Assembly (NCBI GenBank): GCA_043228905.1
Contig: JBHGNT010000003.1
Span: forward strand, 18,042,001 to 18,106,000
Direction of reading: 5' to 3'
Source of the DNA: Azolla caroliniana
Lineage: Eukaryota > Plantae > Polypodiophyta
DNA: 64,000 nt
Numbering within the stretch: position 1 is the stretch's first letter; every line of letters starts with the position of its first letter. Below the pieces are notes generated by a model, which was given only the letters and a program-made list of their open reading frames with translations, did no database searches and had not been told where the DNA came from. The translations under genes were made by a program, and so were the position numbers. Shown one piece after another: positions 22,988 through 35,359 of the stretch.

Positions 22988-25900
22988 CCATTTAGGTTTA
23001 AACAATTGGAGAAGATGGTCAAGGATTTCGCTGAGCTAACAACTGCATCCTTGTGGCGAATAGTTGTCTTTCATAGTATGGACCAAGGGTACTCGGTAGC
23101 TCAAGCTTTGAGATCTCGTTGCCATGGCATCGAGAACCTTGCATGGTAAGGATTATTTATAGGCGTCTTTCAGTATATTGCATTTCTTAAGGTTGTTCAA
23201 TCTATTCTTAACTCGATGTATTATTTTTTATAGGATCAAGACCAATGTAAATAGAGGGCCAACTTTTCGGTTCGTTAATGCCATTAAATACATCACGGTT
23301 GGCTACTTCGATGAAATTAAGAAACAGAGAATCAAGGAGCATTCTAATGAAGTGGGAGGTTCAAATCTGTTGGTATATCCAGCAGTGACACGGAAATTGC
23401 GACATGTCACCACGACAGAACGGGGACTTGTCAACCCATATCAAAAACCTCAACGACTTATGATGCGCTTGATCGAGATGTTTTCTATCGAAGGAGACTG
23501 GATATTAGATCTCTTTTCTGGCACAGGTATTCCTCGAACTAGGGTAACGATCTTGAGATAACCAATCCCTTTTTTTTTTGTTTGACAACTAAATCTTCTT
23601 GTTACTTACATCACAGGAACGACGTTTGCATGTGCATTGAAGCTCTTTAGAAATACAGTTGCATTGGAGAAGGACGAGGACCAGGTTATATTTATTAATA
23701 TGCGGATTAAGGCTTTGGAGTGCCCAGACCAGGATGAGGAGGTCGGTGCAAAGAACCTCGCTAATACAGAAAGGTTTCAACCTGCTTCGCGAGAGCCTAT
23801 TCCTCCGTTAGCCGGCGAACCGGGGGAGCTAATAGAGCTTGATGATGAGCTTATAGAAGATATTTCGTTGGCTCGACTAACAGGGGAAGCCAATGCACGT
23901 ATAGCCGAAGAGAGTTCTACACAAGATGATGAAGAAAATGACGTTGATGAATTGATTGCTATGTAATAGACTCTATGAAGAAAATGACACTGACGATTTG
24001 TTAGGATTTCACATTATTAATACAAATTTTGGGTTTTACCCAGTGGATTCTATTCTTTATAATCTTCTATATGTTTTTATTTTTATATACTTGGTTAGTA
24101 GATTTATGACATTGGTTTCACTGCGTGCATATTTGACTACCAAATTTATGGAGAAACATGAATTAGTTTAAATTGAGGCTGATTTTGGTCCAAGCTAACC
24201 TTAACAGAACATGGCCCTACAATTGTTGCCATGACTGTCCATGTTGTTATTATGGATCTTTGTCTTCTATTGTTAAAACTATTATGTTTCTATTCCATTG
24301 CTGCTTAGATTGTGTAGTGTGTTGATAATGGTTCCAGTTGCGTTATCATTCGGAGTTTGATCCTGTGTGAATCACCTAAGCAATAGAGTAGATCAATTTT
24401 AAATACAGGTATGAAAGCCTAATAGGTTTGTTATTTCCACGACATTATCCTAAAGTTCACTACCTTACATTGTCCACAATTATATACATATGGTTTGATC
24501 CCATATGAACAAACTGAGGAATAGATTAGATCAACTTTAAATACAAGTATTGAATACTTTAATAAGTTAGTTATTCTAATCACTTATCCTAATGTGCACT
24601 ATCCTACATTTTCCACAAATACATACATGCACGTATGGGTCAAAGTATAAATTATAACTCATTTTATTAGTATGGATACAAGTACACCTGATATTTTTGT
24701 AAAACTTACCTAATTAATATAAGTCTTTAAGTTAGTGTTTCCCTTGTCGCACAGTAGTGACATATTGAGCCATTGTTGACCTTTATTATGCCTACATTAA
24801 CTTATCAACGCGTCTAAACTTGCATGATTTCTAATAATCTCCACTCGTAGACCTATCATGTATTTTTATATTTGCAAATTCTCATCAAGTTGAGGAACAT
24901 GTGATACTAGTGCATCCAATTTTTGTAGAGAGGGTGTATTTGCTTCGTTTTAAGAAGATTCTACAAGTGGAATGTGCAATCCTTCCACTTGTGAACGCGA
25001 ACGTGTTGGAAGTGAATTCGTCGGAGAAGTACTCCTTTCCTCTATCCGATCGTAGGCATCGAATGTGCCGACTGGTTTCTTTTTCGACTTGCCCCTTGAG
25101 CTTTTGGAAGTGGGAGAGCACTTCACTTTTCTTCTTCATCGGGTAGATCCACGCATAGCGCGAGTAGTCGTCGATGAAGGTTACGTAGTATCGACATCCG
25201 ACGATCATCGGTGTTTGAGCCGGTCCCCATAAATCCGAGTGTACGACGTCAAGGAGGCCTTTGCTCGCGTGGCTCTCCTTCGGGAATGGGAGTCGATGTT
25301 GTTTGCCGAGTTGACACGCTTCACATAATTGGTCGACTCGTTTCGACTCGAATGTCGGAAGTCTGATGACGACTCCCTTCATTTACATCGCTCGAAGCCG
25401 TTGGAGGTTTATGTGGCCGATTCTCTTGTGCCACAACTTGATGCTTGTCTCGGTTTTGAGACTTTTAGCGTACATTGCCGATTTCACCTCGTTCGAATCG
25501 AGGATGAACATCCGGTCATCTCTCCGCCCCTTAGCTATGAGTTGGCCATCTTTCTCGATGAAACAACCTTTGTTGTTGAAGCAGACTTGCATGCCTTGCT
25601 CCACGATTTGGCCGACCGAGACCAAATTCTTTGTTATTGTGGGCATGTGCAAGACATTCTTGATGCAAGTTTGCTCGCCTTCTTTCCCGAATGGGACATT
25701 GCCGATGTGCCGAATGGGATGCGTGGTATCATCTCCCGTCTCTATAAAGCCGGGTTGATCCGGCGTTCGTAAGTCGCGAAACCACTCTTCGTGGGATGTC
25801 ATGTGATGTGAGGCGCCGGAATCTACGAACCACACGTCTTCTGGATTGGAGATGCTTGCGGAATCAGAGGCCGTCATAGAGTTCGCTCTATGCCACATTA

Positions 25901-27699
25901 CGAATAGTCCGTCGTAATCCTCGTATTCAAAGTTGTTGGCGTAGTTTGTGAGTTGTCGGCTTGTCGACGCCGACTCACTTCTTTTCTTCCGACACTCCGC
26001 CTCATAGTGGCCGATTTTGCCGCAATAATTGCAAGTTGTGGGCCTCGTTTTCTGACCTTCTTCGGCTTGCAAGCTCCCCCTTCTTTCGAAGGTTCCTCGA
26101 TGGCTTCCTCTTCTACCGCCACGACCTCTTCCTCGACCACCGTCCGAATTTGAGAAGAACATTTTTCCTTCCAGTGCCTTGCTTTTGGTTCAGACGTGGT
26201 TTTCTTCGACCAATAACATCGATTGGAGGTCGAAGAATGAAGGAGGGTTTTCTCTCGCCAAGATTGTCGTTCGTAGTGGATCAAATCGTTGTGCGAGGCC
26301 GCCCAAGCATACTTGAACCATCTCATCTTCGTCGACGTTTATGTTGATGGAGCCAAGCGAGTCACAAATGTCCGACACGGACATGTCTTTTTGCCGAATG
26401 TTATTCAACTCTTGCCGGAGTAGAAGTTTATGGGCGGTCGTGTTGGCGGCGGACATTTTCTTTAAGTTCTCCCATGCCTCTTTAGGCATCTTGGCGTCTC
26501 GAATGTGGCTAAGCATATGGTCGTGGACACATGTTTCCAAGCAATACATTACCCGACTCGCTCCTTACTCCCATGTTAGGTAGTTGGCATTTGTGTTGTC
26601 GGGCTTGTCCTCGAGTGCGCCGTTGATGTAGCTCCAATACCCTTGGCCGACGAGGTATTGGGTCATCTTGTACTCCCAAGATGAATAATTGCTCCGGTCT
26701 AGCGTTTCGCTAGGGAGCGACCTACCCATTTGTGTGTTCATGTTGATTGTGCCTTCTCTTCTTTTGCTTTTCTTCCTTCGATCACGTACACGTGCTACGT
26801 AGCGGCACTACGGTAGCGATGAGCCAGTTCTTCTTGAATGTCGGCGTAGAGCACAACACACGATCACGATGAGGTGAGTGGGCTAGATCGAGCTCCCAAA
26901 TCGCTCTGATACCATGTTACGGATTAGGTAATTAATTAAGGAATGATTATTACCTAATTATGTGATTAAGTTAAGCGATTACGTAGCTGAAGATTAAGTG
27001 ATATGTGCGTGTATGTGTGCGTGAGAGGAAGAGAGAGAGAAGTACACTTATAACACAAAAACAAGATGGGGGATGATAAAGTATATTAAAAGGTAAATAT
27101 CATCAACTATCATCCAATACAAAAATACCTTCAATGAGGTATACATAGGTTTCATGTGCAAGGGTGCACATGTGCTAGGAGAATATAGGTACAACATGTA
27201 AGTCCTATATTAAATGAGCATGGAGTGGTGGATCTACAATGTATCCCACTCGAGTACAAAATCCTATTTAAGGCTTTATGGTCAACACACTAACTAGATT
27301 CTATCTAGGTAACTACAAAGTTACATTGTTGACTAACTAACTAAACTAAGTTGAGCTTGATCTCTCAACAAGAGTATCTACTATGTCGACTACAGTGTGT
27401 CATAATTTTTTAACTATCTCTATGTCATATGTTCGAATGTAGTCTCTATTGCACAAGTTATATTACATCTAATAGTCTATCATAAGTATATGTTAATCAT
27501 AATAACTAGTTCTGGATACCGAGTTCTAAGTGTAGGACTAGTGTCGACCAATCCATCTCTCCACCACAATCTTCTTGACCGAACATTCAGAGTCCAACGT
27601 TCGACCTATTGTGTTTGTTGACCACAGCCGTCGGCAAAGCAACACAATATTCTGGGACGCTCGGTTACATTTGCTATAAGCAGAGAACAAGGAGAATGG

Positions 27700-30600
27700 A
27701 TGTCGTCTAGTCGACCGAATACAGACCGACCTATAGAAAGCAGAAGACCACGCACACGATCAGAGAGCCGACGTGCAGAAGGTGGTGGTGTTTCCGATAG
27801 TTCAGAGTTTACTGAACAAATCCAACAAGAAGCTTAAGGGGAATTGAGAGTACTTCATGATTTAGCAATTGACAGTAGTTCGGACGAGGAGCAGTCAAAC
27901 CAGGAAGACTTACTCAAAGTTTGTGAGGAGGATACAATGTCGTATCCCTACCCCAAATATAATGATGAAGCTGATGCCGATGCACACGTGCGTGCTTTTC
28001 TCACGACATGGCAAGCAAACCATGTATTACAACGGTTGTCTGAAGCATATGCAGACAAATCTAAAATTGCAAAATTTGGATTATCGCTCGACAGGTAGTA
28101 GGTGAATTGGTACTCGCTGCATGAAACGGGTGAGTTTGAATCTTTTAAACAGTTAACTACACAATTTATCAGATTATTCCACCGACAAGTTCTAAAAAAG
28201 GAACTCATGAGCCAATTTTCTGCGGCTTATCAAGAAGCACATGAAAATGTTCCGCAATTCATCATTAGGTTTCAAAATCTTCGGCGGCAGTTAGCAAGAC
28301 CTCTGCTTGAGAAGATGTCAAAGGAAACTTTATTGTCAACACTACACTAACCACTTCGAACAACGTTAGCTGTGTTCGACTTTAAAGATCTTTACAACGA
28401 TATTTACCGACATCAGAAGAGTTGAGGTTCCGACAAGCAATCCAATGTACGACTTGTCTAAATCCAGGCCATTCTATGATCAAATGCACTTTACGCACTC
28501 ATTGTCCGATCTACCATTCCAAGGTGCATATGATCGCCCAGTGCGAATACAATCTGCTCAATAAAGTTGCAACACCGGTAAAATAGATACAACCCCAAGA
28601 CGATCGTCTTGAGGATCGGAATCGGTCGGTCCGATTTCGGGACGACTATTGGCCACATTACGATGATCATTGTTGGTCGGATCATAATCGACGAGAGGAT
28701 AATCAGAGAGACGATTATCGACGAGACAATCTATACAATCACTATTGACGGGAAGATGACCGACAAGATGACTATGGACTAGATAGTCGAAACAGTTATG
28801 ACCAGGATTATTCACCCCAGCAAGATAGAATAATCAACAACCTTACAAGGGTAGTAGATATCATGATGAGAGTGTCGACTCAGGAAAAGGTGGCGACATC
28901 ATGACAATGACAGCATGGTAATGTGTGCCATTGTATGTTGAAGCTGTCAATATGATGATGATGGAGAAGAACATCAGTATTTTGAAAACAATCCCAAGAT
29001 TATTCCATTATTCGAAATCAACGTCGTCAAAAGTACTCCCGCCATATCCCGGTGATGACGAAAAGGTGCAACTCAATGATAAGACTCTAAGGGAGTTACT
29101 CCTACAGCAAGAAGTGATGGAGAAAGAAATGAACGTATCACAACACATACATGCATTGAAAGAATTAAATCTCGTCGACAATGAGAAAGAGCCAAAAATA
29201 GTGCTCATAGCAAACAAGATGCAGTCGGCCGACAAATCAAGTTTGGCCAAACTACTATGACAATACAAAGATGTATTTGTGTGGTTGTTCGAAGATATGA
29301 AGGGCTTCGATCTGGCATTCTGCTAGCATCAAAGTAGTCTACATAAAGATGCACAACCGGTACAACACCGTCGATGTTGTCTAAACCCGAATTATGTAGT
29401 AAAGGTAAAAGAGGAAATCGACAAACTACTGCGAGTTGGATTTATTCGACCAGTCAAGAAGGCTACTTGGCTGAGTCTGATTGTCGTGAGAGTATGTGTC
29501 GATTATCAACAACTGAATGCTGCCACAGTGACAAATGCCTTTCCATTACCATTCACAGATGGAGTGTTGGATGTAGTTGGCTGACCATGAAATATATAGC
29601 TTCCTAAATGGCTTCAGTGGATATAATCAGATTCTGATGCATCTCGATGACTAGGAGAAAACTGGTTTTGTCACCGAATGGGTTATATTTGTAGCGGTTG
29701 TCATGATGTTCAGGCTTAAAACGGCTCCGACTACATTTTAGAGGGTGATCATGGGAATTTTTGTTGATTATATACCGGAATTTATGCAGGTATTTTTGGA
29801 TGATTTTGCAGTATGCCGTTGGCAAATCAACTATTTGGAACATCTCCGACTCTGTTTGGAGAGGTGTCGTCAAGGAAGGTTAAGCTTAAATCCAGAAAAA
29901 TGTGCATTTGGGGTGTCTAGTGGAGCGTTGCTAGGGCATATTGTTAGTCCCGATGGTATTGCCGTCGACCCCGACAAGGTGAAAGCAGTAGTCGAGGCAC
30001 CACCGCCGACAAACGTTAAGGTGTTGAGTCATTTCCTAGGCCAAATTCGATGGCATAGTAGAATAATTAGGTATCTCGCCGATGTCGCAACACCTCTTCA
30101 TGCGGTGGTTCATAAAACACCATTTCAATGGTCGACAATCAAACAAGATGCTTATGATTGTCTAAAGAAAATATTGACCAAGGTACCAGTCGTACAAACC
30201 CGATTGGGCAAAGGACTTTCATGTCTTTGTTGACGCCACAGGTGTAGTTATCGAAAGTGCCGTAATGCAATTATCAAAGCCTAACTGGTATAGACCAATG
30301 TATTATGCAAGTCGGAAATTGTCAACTACCGAGCAGAACTATTCAACAACCGAAAGAGAGGCTCTTGGCATGATATATAGTGTAGTGTGAACTAGTTCCG
30401 ACATTACCTATTAGGTCAGAAATTTATTTTCATGTGGATCATTCTGCCTTACTATACTTAGTGTTGAAACAATAATTAATAGGCAAGCTAGCAAGATGGA
30501 CACTTTTATTACAGGAATTTGAATTCAACATGTTCCATTGTCTAGGAGTGCAACACGCGGTAGCCGACTGGAGTCGGGAGAGCCAGGTACAGGAGTTCGT

Positions 30601-31410
30601 GATGACATTCCAGATGTACAAATGTTCTGAATTGAAGCTCAGCATTCGACAAAAGTTGATGAGGAAGTAGCTAACCTATGGATTACAGAGATGGTAGTAA
30701 TTCTCAACACAAGATTGCCACCATAGGGCATGGCACCAAACGAGCACAAACGATTAGCGGTTCAGAGTTGGAAATTAAGTTTACTCAAGGAAACGTTGTA
30801 TAATAAAGGAGCCGACGGCATATGGTAGCGCACAGTTCCACAATTTGAGAAGGAAGCAGTTTTACGCAAAGACAGGCAAATGAACAATGGCGAAGACAGG
30901 CAACTGATACATCATAGTAGTTATCGACTACTTTACAAAATGGATTGAGGCCAAAGCTCTTCGAGGTAATACGACAACGTCAACGGAAAATTTTCTCTAT
31001 GAATGCATATGGTGCAGATTCGGCTACCCAATCGAGTTAGTCAATGATCAAGGTACTCACTTTGTTAATAAAGTCATTCATGAGTTATCAAACTATTATG
31101 CAGTAGTACATAAAGGGAGTACACCGTACTACGCACAAGCTAATGGGTTAGCCGAGTCAACAAACAAAACAATTCAAACAATTATGAGGAAGATCGTCAA
31201 TGAACATCGGACCAACTAGGATCAGAAGCTACATAGTGCCCTATGGGCATACCAAACAACATACAAGTCGATGATTCGATCGAACCCCTTCAGGATGGCA
31301 TTCAGATTAGAAACATTGATGTCGATCGAGTTCTAGATTCCAACTTTGCGTGTACCAGTGATAGAAAGACTAGATGAGGAACAATCGGAATGGTTTCAGA
31401 AGGAACAATA
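27700..31410 (+). mobile_element. Degenerate Ty3/Gypsy internal region (gag, RT, RNaseH, integrase)
   Basis: Fragmented ORFs with gag-like FIRLFHRQV/FIIRFQNL, RT VFLDDFAV...LNPEKCAFG, RNaseH YSTTEREALG and integrase remnants. Its probable LTR (~2038-2301 plus 27376-27644) is split by the Copia; that LTR assignment is less certain. Confidence 0.8.
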
Positions 31411-31799
31411 ATGAATCAGTGATGATTCTGTGCAGTGGAAGAACTATGTATGTGTTTGTGGGGAGATAGATAGATAGATTATATTATCGTCTTCGGAGGT
31501 CAAATATGACCTATGAGACCAAAAATATTACATTTCACGTGGTACGTGTGAGAGTGAGTAGTGACTCTCGATGTTCAAGAACTTTACCAATGAATGTTGC
31601 AATCAAGAGTGCACATTGTGGTTGTAAGAGGAATTCATGCAAGGATTGGGCTCGGTCAAAGAGATGTGGAAAGCATGGTCGAATATGATCAAAGGCAGAG
31701 CATTGTATCAAACTGTGATACTCAGACTTGTGAACTTGTTTAAAGGGCAAAGTGTGCATAACCGACCACTCTCATCACTTGTGCCCCATCTCACATCAC

Positions 31800-33142
31800 A
31801 ATGCATGTGAGCTAAGTCACATGGAAGCAATGGTTCGAATGGCAGATAACGGTATGGGCTCTAACATGTATCGATCTGTACGATTTCCCCGTTCCGCAAA
31901 GAATATGGTTTTATAGTTATGTGCAACATGTGTAGTATAATGTGTGAAGCGTGAGCCTCCACATTTTTCGCATGTTATGATACATTGGCGTTGCAAAAAT
32001 GCCTCATTTACAAAGGAATCTAATGATGCATCATGAAACAAGTGTCTCGCATCCCATCTACCAAACCATTTTTCTATATCTTGCATCCAACCAGAACACA
32101 AAAGTTTGCATTTATGCACCTTTTGGATCTTTTTTCTTGCTTCCCATGCAATTCTAGGAAGTCGATGTGAGGGACTTTTTGAACCTTAAGCATGTATTCA
32201 ACAACCCTTTCCATGACCATGATCTCAATGGGAATCGATCCTATCTCAAGGAGGAGGGTGTAGGGCGTTTGTTTCTTAACTTGCAGAAACTTTGTAAGAA
32301 AATGTTTTTGGACATTTTCAAACTCTTTCCACATAGATTTAGGGATGCTACCGCCCAATACTTCCACCCCATAGAGAAGAACCAGTGTCACCAAAGTTTC
32401 GAAAAGATATTTCTTGAGGACCCAACACTTAATATCTCCAAGATTGCATGTGTTCTCAAATGCATAGTATGCTCGCTTACCCGCCTCTAAGCGGTGTGTA
32501 GCACATTCATTCCATCTATGATTTGAAGGATCTTCAAGGCCAAGATATTTGAAGCTTTCCACACATTCAAGTGACTCATTGTTGTACATAATGCATGGTT
32601 TATCTCTTTTTTGGCTCTTCACAAGCATAATCTTTGTTTTAGAGCTATTGACACTTAATTTAGTATGCGTGCAAATTTTTTCCAATGCCTTCATAAGCTT
32701 TTGTGCATCTCCTAAAGTATTTGCCAAAAACACTACATCATCTCCATATAGTAAAAGCATAATCACAACATTCCCAATGACAACTTCTTCAACACATTCT
32801 TCCTTTGCAAACTTGGTAACCATTTCTTCCAATTCATCAATGCATAGACCAAATATTGTTGGTGAGAGTGGGCATCCTTGCTTAACACCAATAGTGCTTT
32901 TGAAAAATCTGAAAGTTTATCTCTCATGCACACACAACATATAACCTGCTCATAAATTCAGGAAATTGCAAGCGTATATTCACTTGGCACCTCAAGTTCT
33001 TCCATTTGCCTCCAAAGATGCTCATGAGGTACCATATCAAAAGCTTTCTTGAAGTCTACAAAGCAACAATATAAACCTTTACCTCTAAGACGACTTTCCT
33101 TCATTAATACTCAAAGGGTGACAAGGTGATCAATGGTGCTAT

Positions 33143-33144
<2 letters not shown>
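31800..33144 (-). mobile_element. Non-LTR retrotransposon (LINE) RT 3' fragment
   Basis: FVDFKKAFD, GVKQGCPLSP, LLYGDDVV and FKYLGL motifs in minus-strand frames, with frameshifts. Confidence 0.85.

Positions 33145-33187
<43 letters not shown>
33145..33187. repeat. (AG)n microsatellite
   Basis: About 21 AG units. Confidence 0.95.
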
Positions 33188-33189
<2 letters not shown>

Positions 33190-35160
33190 TCAAGAGTTAC
33201 AGAAAAACATTGAAAGAGAAGGGGAAGGTGCTTATGTAGTCACCTTCTGTCTAGGTTCTCTCACTAGAGTCACCTCTTGGGAAAGAGGTCTAGTTTTAAC
33301 TACTTAAAGATATGTGTCATAGGATATTAACTTCTATGACACATTTGCTACTATACAAGGTGGTGGGGTGGTCATGCACTTGAGTATCCTAGAGTGTGTT
33401 CCCACACACATGAAGTTTGATTCTCAACACGCCCCTTCGAACATAACTTCTGGTCGTCGGATGGTTGGTTCGGACTGGTCTTCTGGTCGGCCTTGAGTCG
33501 ACTCTAGCTTCGGCTTCGAATGGGCAATTAACTCCTATTTCTCTTTACTCTCATTCAAGCGCGGTTGGTTGCCGGTCAAACGACCCAAGTTCGTTGTGAA
33601 CTGCCGCATCTTGTCGACTCCCAAGGCCTTGGTGAAGATGTCAGTCATCTACAGGTTTGTGTTTATGTGTTGTAGGTCGACATCCCTGGCCAGAACATGT
33701 TCTTAGATGAAGTGATAGTGCACTTCGATGTGCTTGGTCCGAACGTGGAAAATTGGGTTTCGAGCTAGGTGAATATTGCTCATATAGTCGCAGTAGAGGA
33801 GAATCAGATTTTATATGGGAATGCCTAGATCCTTCAATATCTATTTCAGCCAAACAACTTCATAGGTAGCAAATGTCGTGCCCTTGTATTCATCCTTTGT
33901 GCTCGACAATGTGATTTTCAGTTGCTTTTTGTTGCTCCAAGAGATGGCTTTGTTGCCAAGGGAGAAGACAAACCCTAACGTTGATCGTTTGTCGGCTTTG
34001 TAGCTGGCCCAATCGACATTTGTGTACCCTTTGAGTCGTATCGGCGTGGCCGATTTGTAGAGGATGCCGAAATCCATGGTTCCACTCATATACCTGAGCA
34101 CTCGCTTAGCACAATCGAGAGAGATGTCTCGAGGAGTTTGCATGAACTAGCTAAGGAGGTCGACCGACTAACTCAGGTCGGGTCAGGTAATTCTGAGGTA
34201 GATGCGGCTTCCGACTTGCAGTCGATAAAGCGTCTATTCAGACTCTCTTGTGCCAGAGTCATCATCTAGCTTTAGGTTGCAATCAAGAGGGGTAGTGACG
34301 GGCTTACACTTTGTCATCCCGAACTTGAAGAGAAGATCAAGGATATATTGTCGTTGGCAGATCATAATGTCATCGGGGGTTCGAGTTACTTCTATTCCTC
34401 GAAAGTAATAGAGTTCCTTCATATCAGTCATTTCGTATCGGTTGGAGAGTAGCCTTTTGGTATGTTCGATGTCCCCAAGGTGCTCTCTTCCAATGACCAG
34501 GTCGTCCACATAAATTATGATAAATAGCTGTCCTCTGGAGTAATTCCGGATGAACAAAGAATTGTCAGACTTGGACATTCGAAAGCCGATTTGGTGAAGA
34601 TATTGCGTTATCTTCGAATGCCATGCTCTTGGTGCCTGCTTGAGATTGTAGAGAGGCTTTTTGAGTTGGCAGACAATAGTCGGATGCGTGGTTGACCCGA
34701 ATCTGAGCGGTTGTATCATGTACACCTTTTCTAACTCTCCTTGGAGGAAGGCATTCTTCATGTCCATTTGGTGGAGGTGCCACCCTTTTGCTACTGCATG
34801 CACGATTATGGTTCAAATTGTAGTCATCTTTTCCACCGAGGCAAAGGTCTCTTCATAATTGATCCCATGGTTCTGCGCATACCCTTTGGAAACAAGTTGA
34901 GCCTTATACCTATTGATGGTGTCGTCCGCATTGTGCTTCACCTTGTATATCCATTGGCATTCAATTACCTGTTCATGGGGTGAAGAGGGGACGAGATCCC
35001 ATGTCGCGTTTTGCGAGAGGGCTTGCATCTCCTCCTTCATCGCTTCAACCCATCGTGGGTCTTTAGCGGCTTCGGAAAAGGTTTTCGACTCTTGGATTGT
35101 TGCCACCTTCATCATGAATGCATAAGGATATGCCATGTAGTCGTAGCCGAATTGGCTGAC
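33188..35160 (-). mobile_element. Truncated Copia (RT, RNaseH, PPT, part of 3' LTR)
   Basis: QMDMKNAFLQG, LKQAPRAW, IYVDDLVI and RNaseH remnants. PPT CGCCCCTT lies next to an LTR end TCTCAACA at ~33429. The linker resembles that of the Copia at 2302. Confidence 0.85.
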
Positions 35161-35359
35161 TACATTCTTCTCTTGGGTGGAGCGAAGTGGTTCCTCTTCT
35201 TAATCTCACTTCTCTTTCCTAAGACCTCACAATTCTATTTTTAGCCTCCCCATGCAAATACATTTTAAGTTTCAATAATCTTCCCTCTAAGTTTATCAAG
35301 TGCACCACAACTAGCTAGATTACTTGCCCATATGCTCCCTTCCCACTTCCGCATCCTTA

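Larger units (their letters stand above)
12808..23966 (+). pseudogene. Six-exon ParB/Srx-like + beta-class N6-adenine/N4-cytosine DNA methyltransferase gene (N6_N4_Mtase-like), disrupted by a Gypsy insertion
   Basis: Predicted exons 12808-12842, 13784-15420, 15497-15635, 15719-16031+22992-23145, 23234-23526 and 23617-23966; all introns are GT-AG and phase-compatible. The spliced product contains VVCGDVVDLIQKVPKKEYTLMIADIPYG (motif IV), LAWIK, NPYQKPQRLMMRLIEMFSIEGDWILDLFSGTGTTFACALKLFRNTVALEKD (motifs VIII/X/I/II) and upstream PFIVMV...YFVIGGSHSAEARRKL. Lesions: 1-bp loss in the A-run at ~14353-14357, TGA at 15606-15608, Gypsy insertion at 16032. Confidence 0.88.
3849..25005. mobile_element. 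TIR DNA transposon carrying a DDE-like transposase and a ParB-like/DNA amino-methyltransferase gene
   Basis: The left end CACGTTCGCGTTCACAAGTGGAAGGAT (3849-3875) is the exact reverse complement of the right end (24979-25005); the match extends to 34 bp with 2 mismatches. Flanks TAGGAAAT (3841-3848) and TTGGAAGT (25006-25013) each differ by one base from TAGGAAGT. Removing the element restores the Copia integrase frame (...SDEFTSYLQSEGIRREF...). Confidence 0.93.
2302..27370 (-). mobile_element. Ty1/Copia LTR retrotransposon, internally deleted (no RT/RNaseH), host of the TIR DNA transposon
   Basis: LTRs 2302-2757 and 26915-27370 (TGTT...AACA, about 13 differences in 456 bp by eye). 5-bp TSD AGAGT at 2297-2301 and 27371-27375. 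Minus-strand tRNA-Met PBS TGGTATCAGAGC at 26903-26914; PPT next to 2758. Gag, zinc knuckle (CNYCGKIGHYEAEC), protease (WFVDSGAS), GAG-pre-integrase and integrase ORFs at 25006-26730, with integrase continuing at 2884-3848. Confidence 0.95.

Noticed and set aside
12808-23966. Bacterial contamination as the source of the MTase
   Set aside because: The gene has five phase-compatible GT-AG introns and is nested with plant LTR elements that have TSDs.
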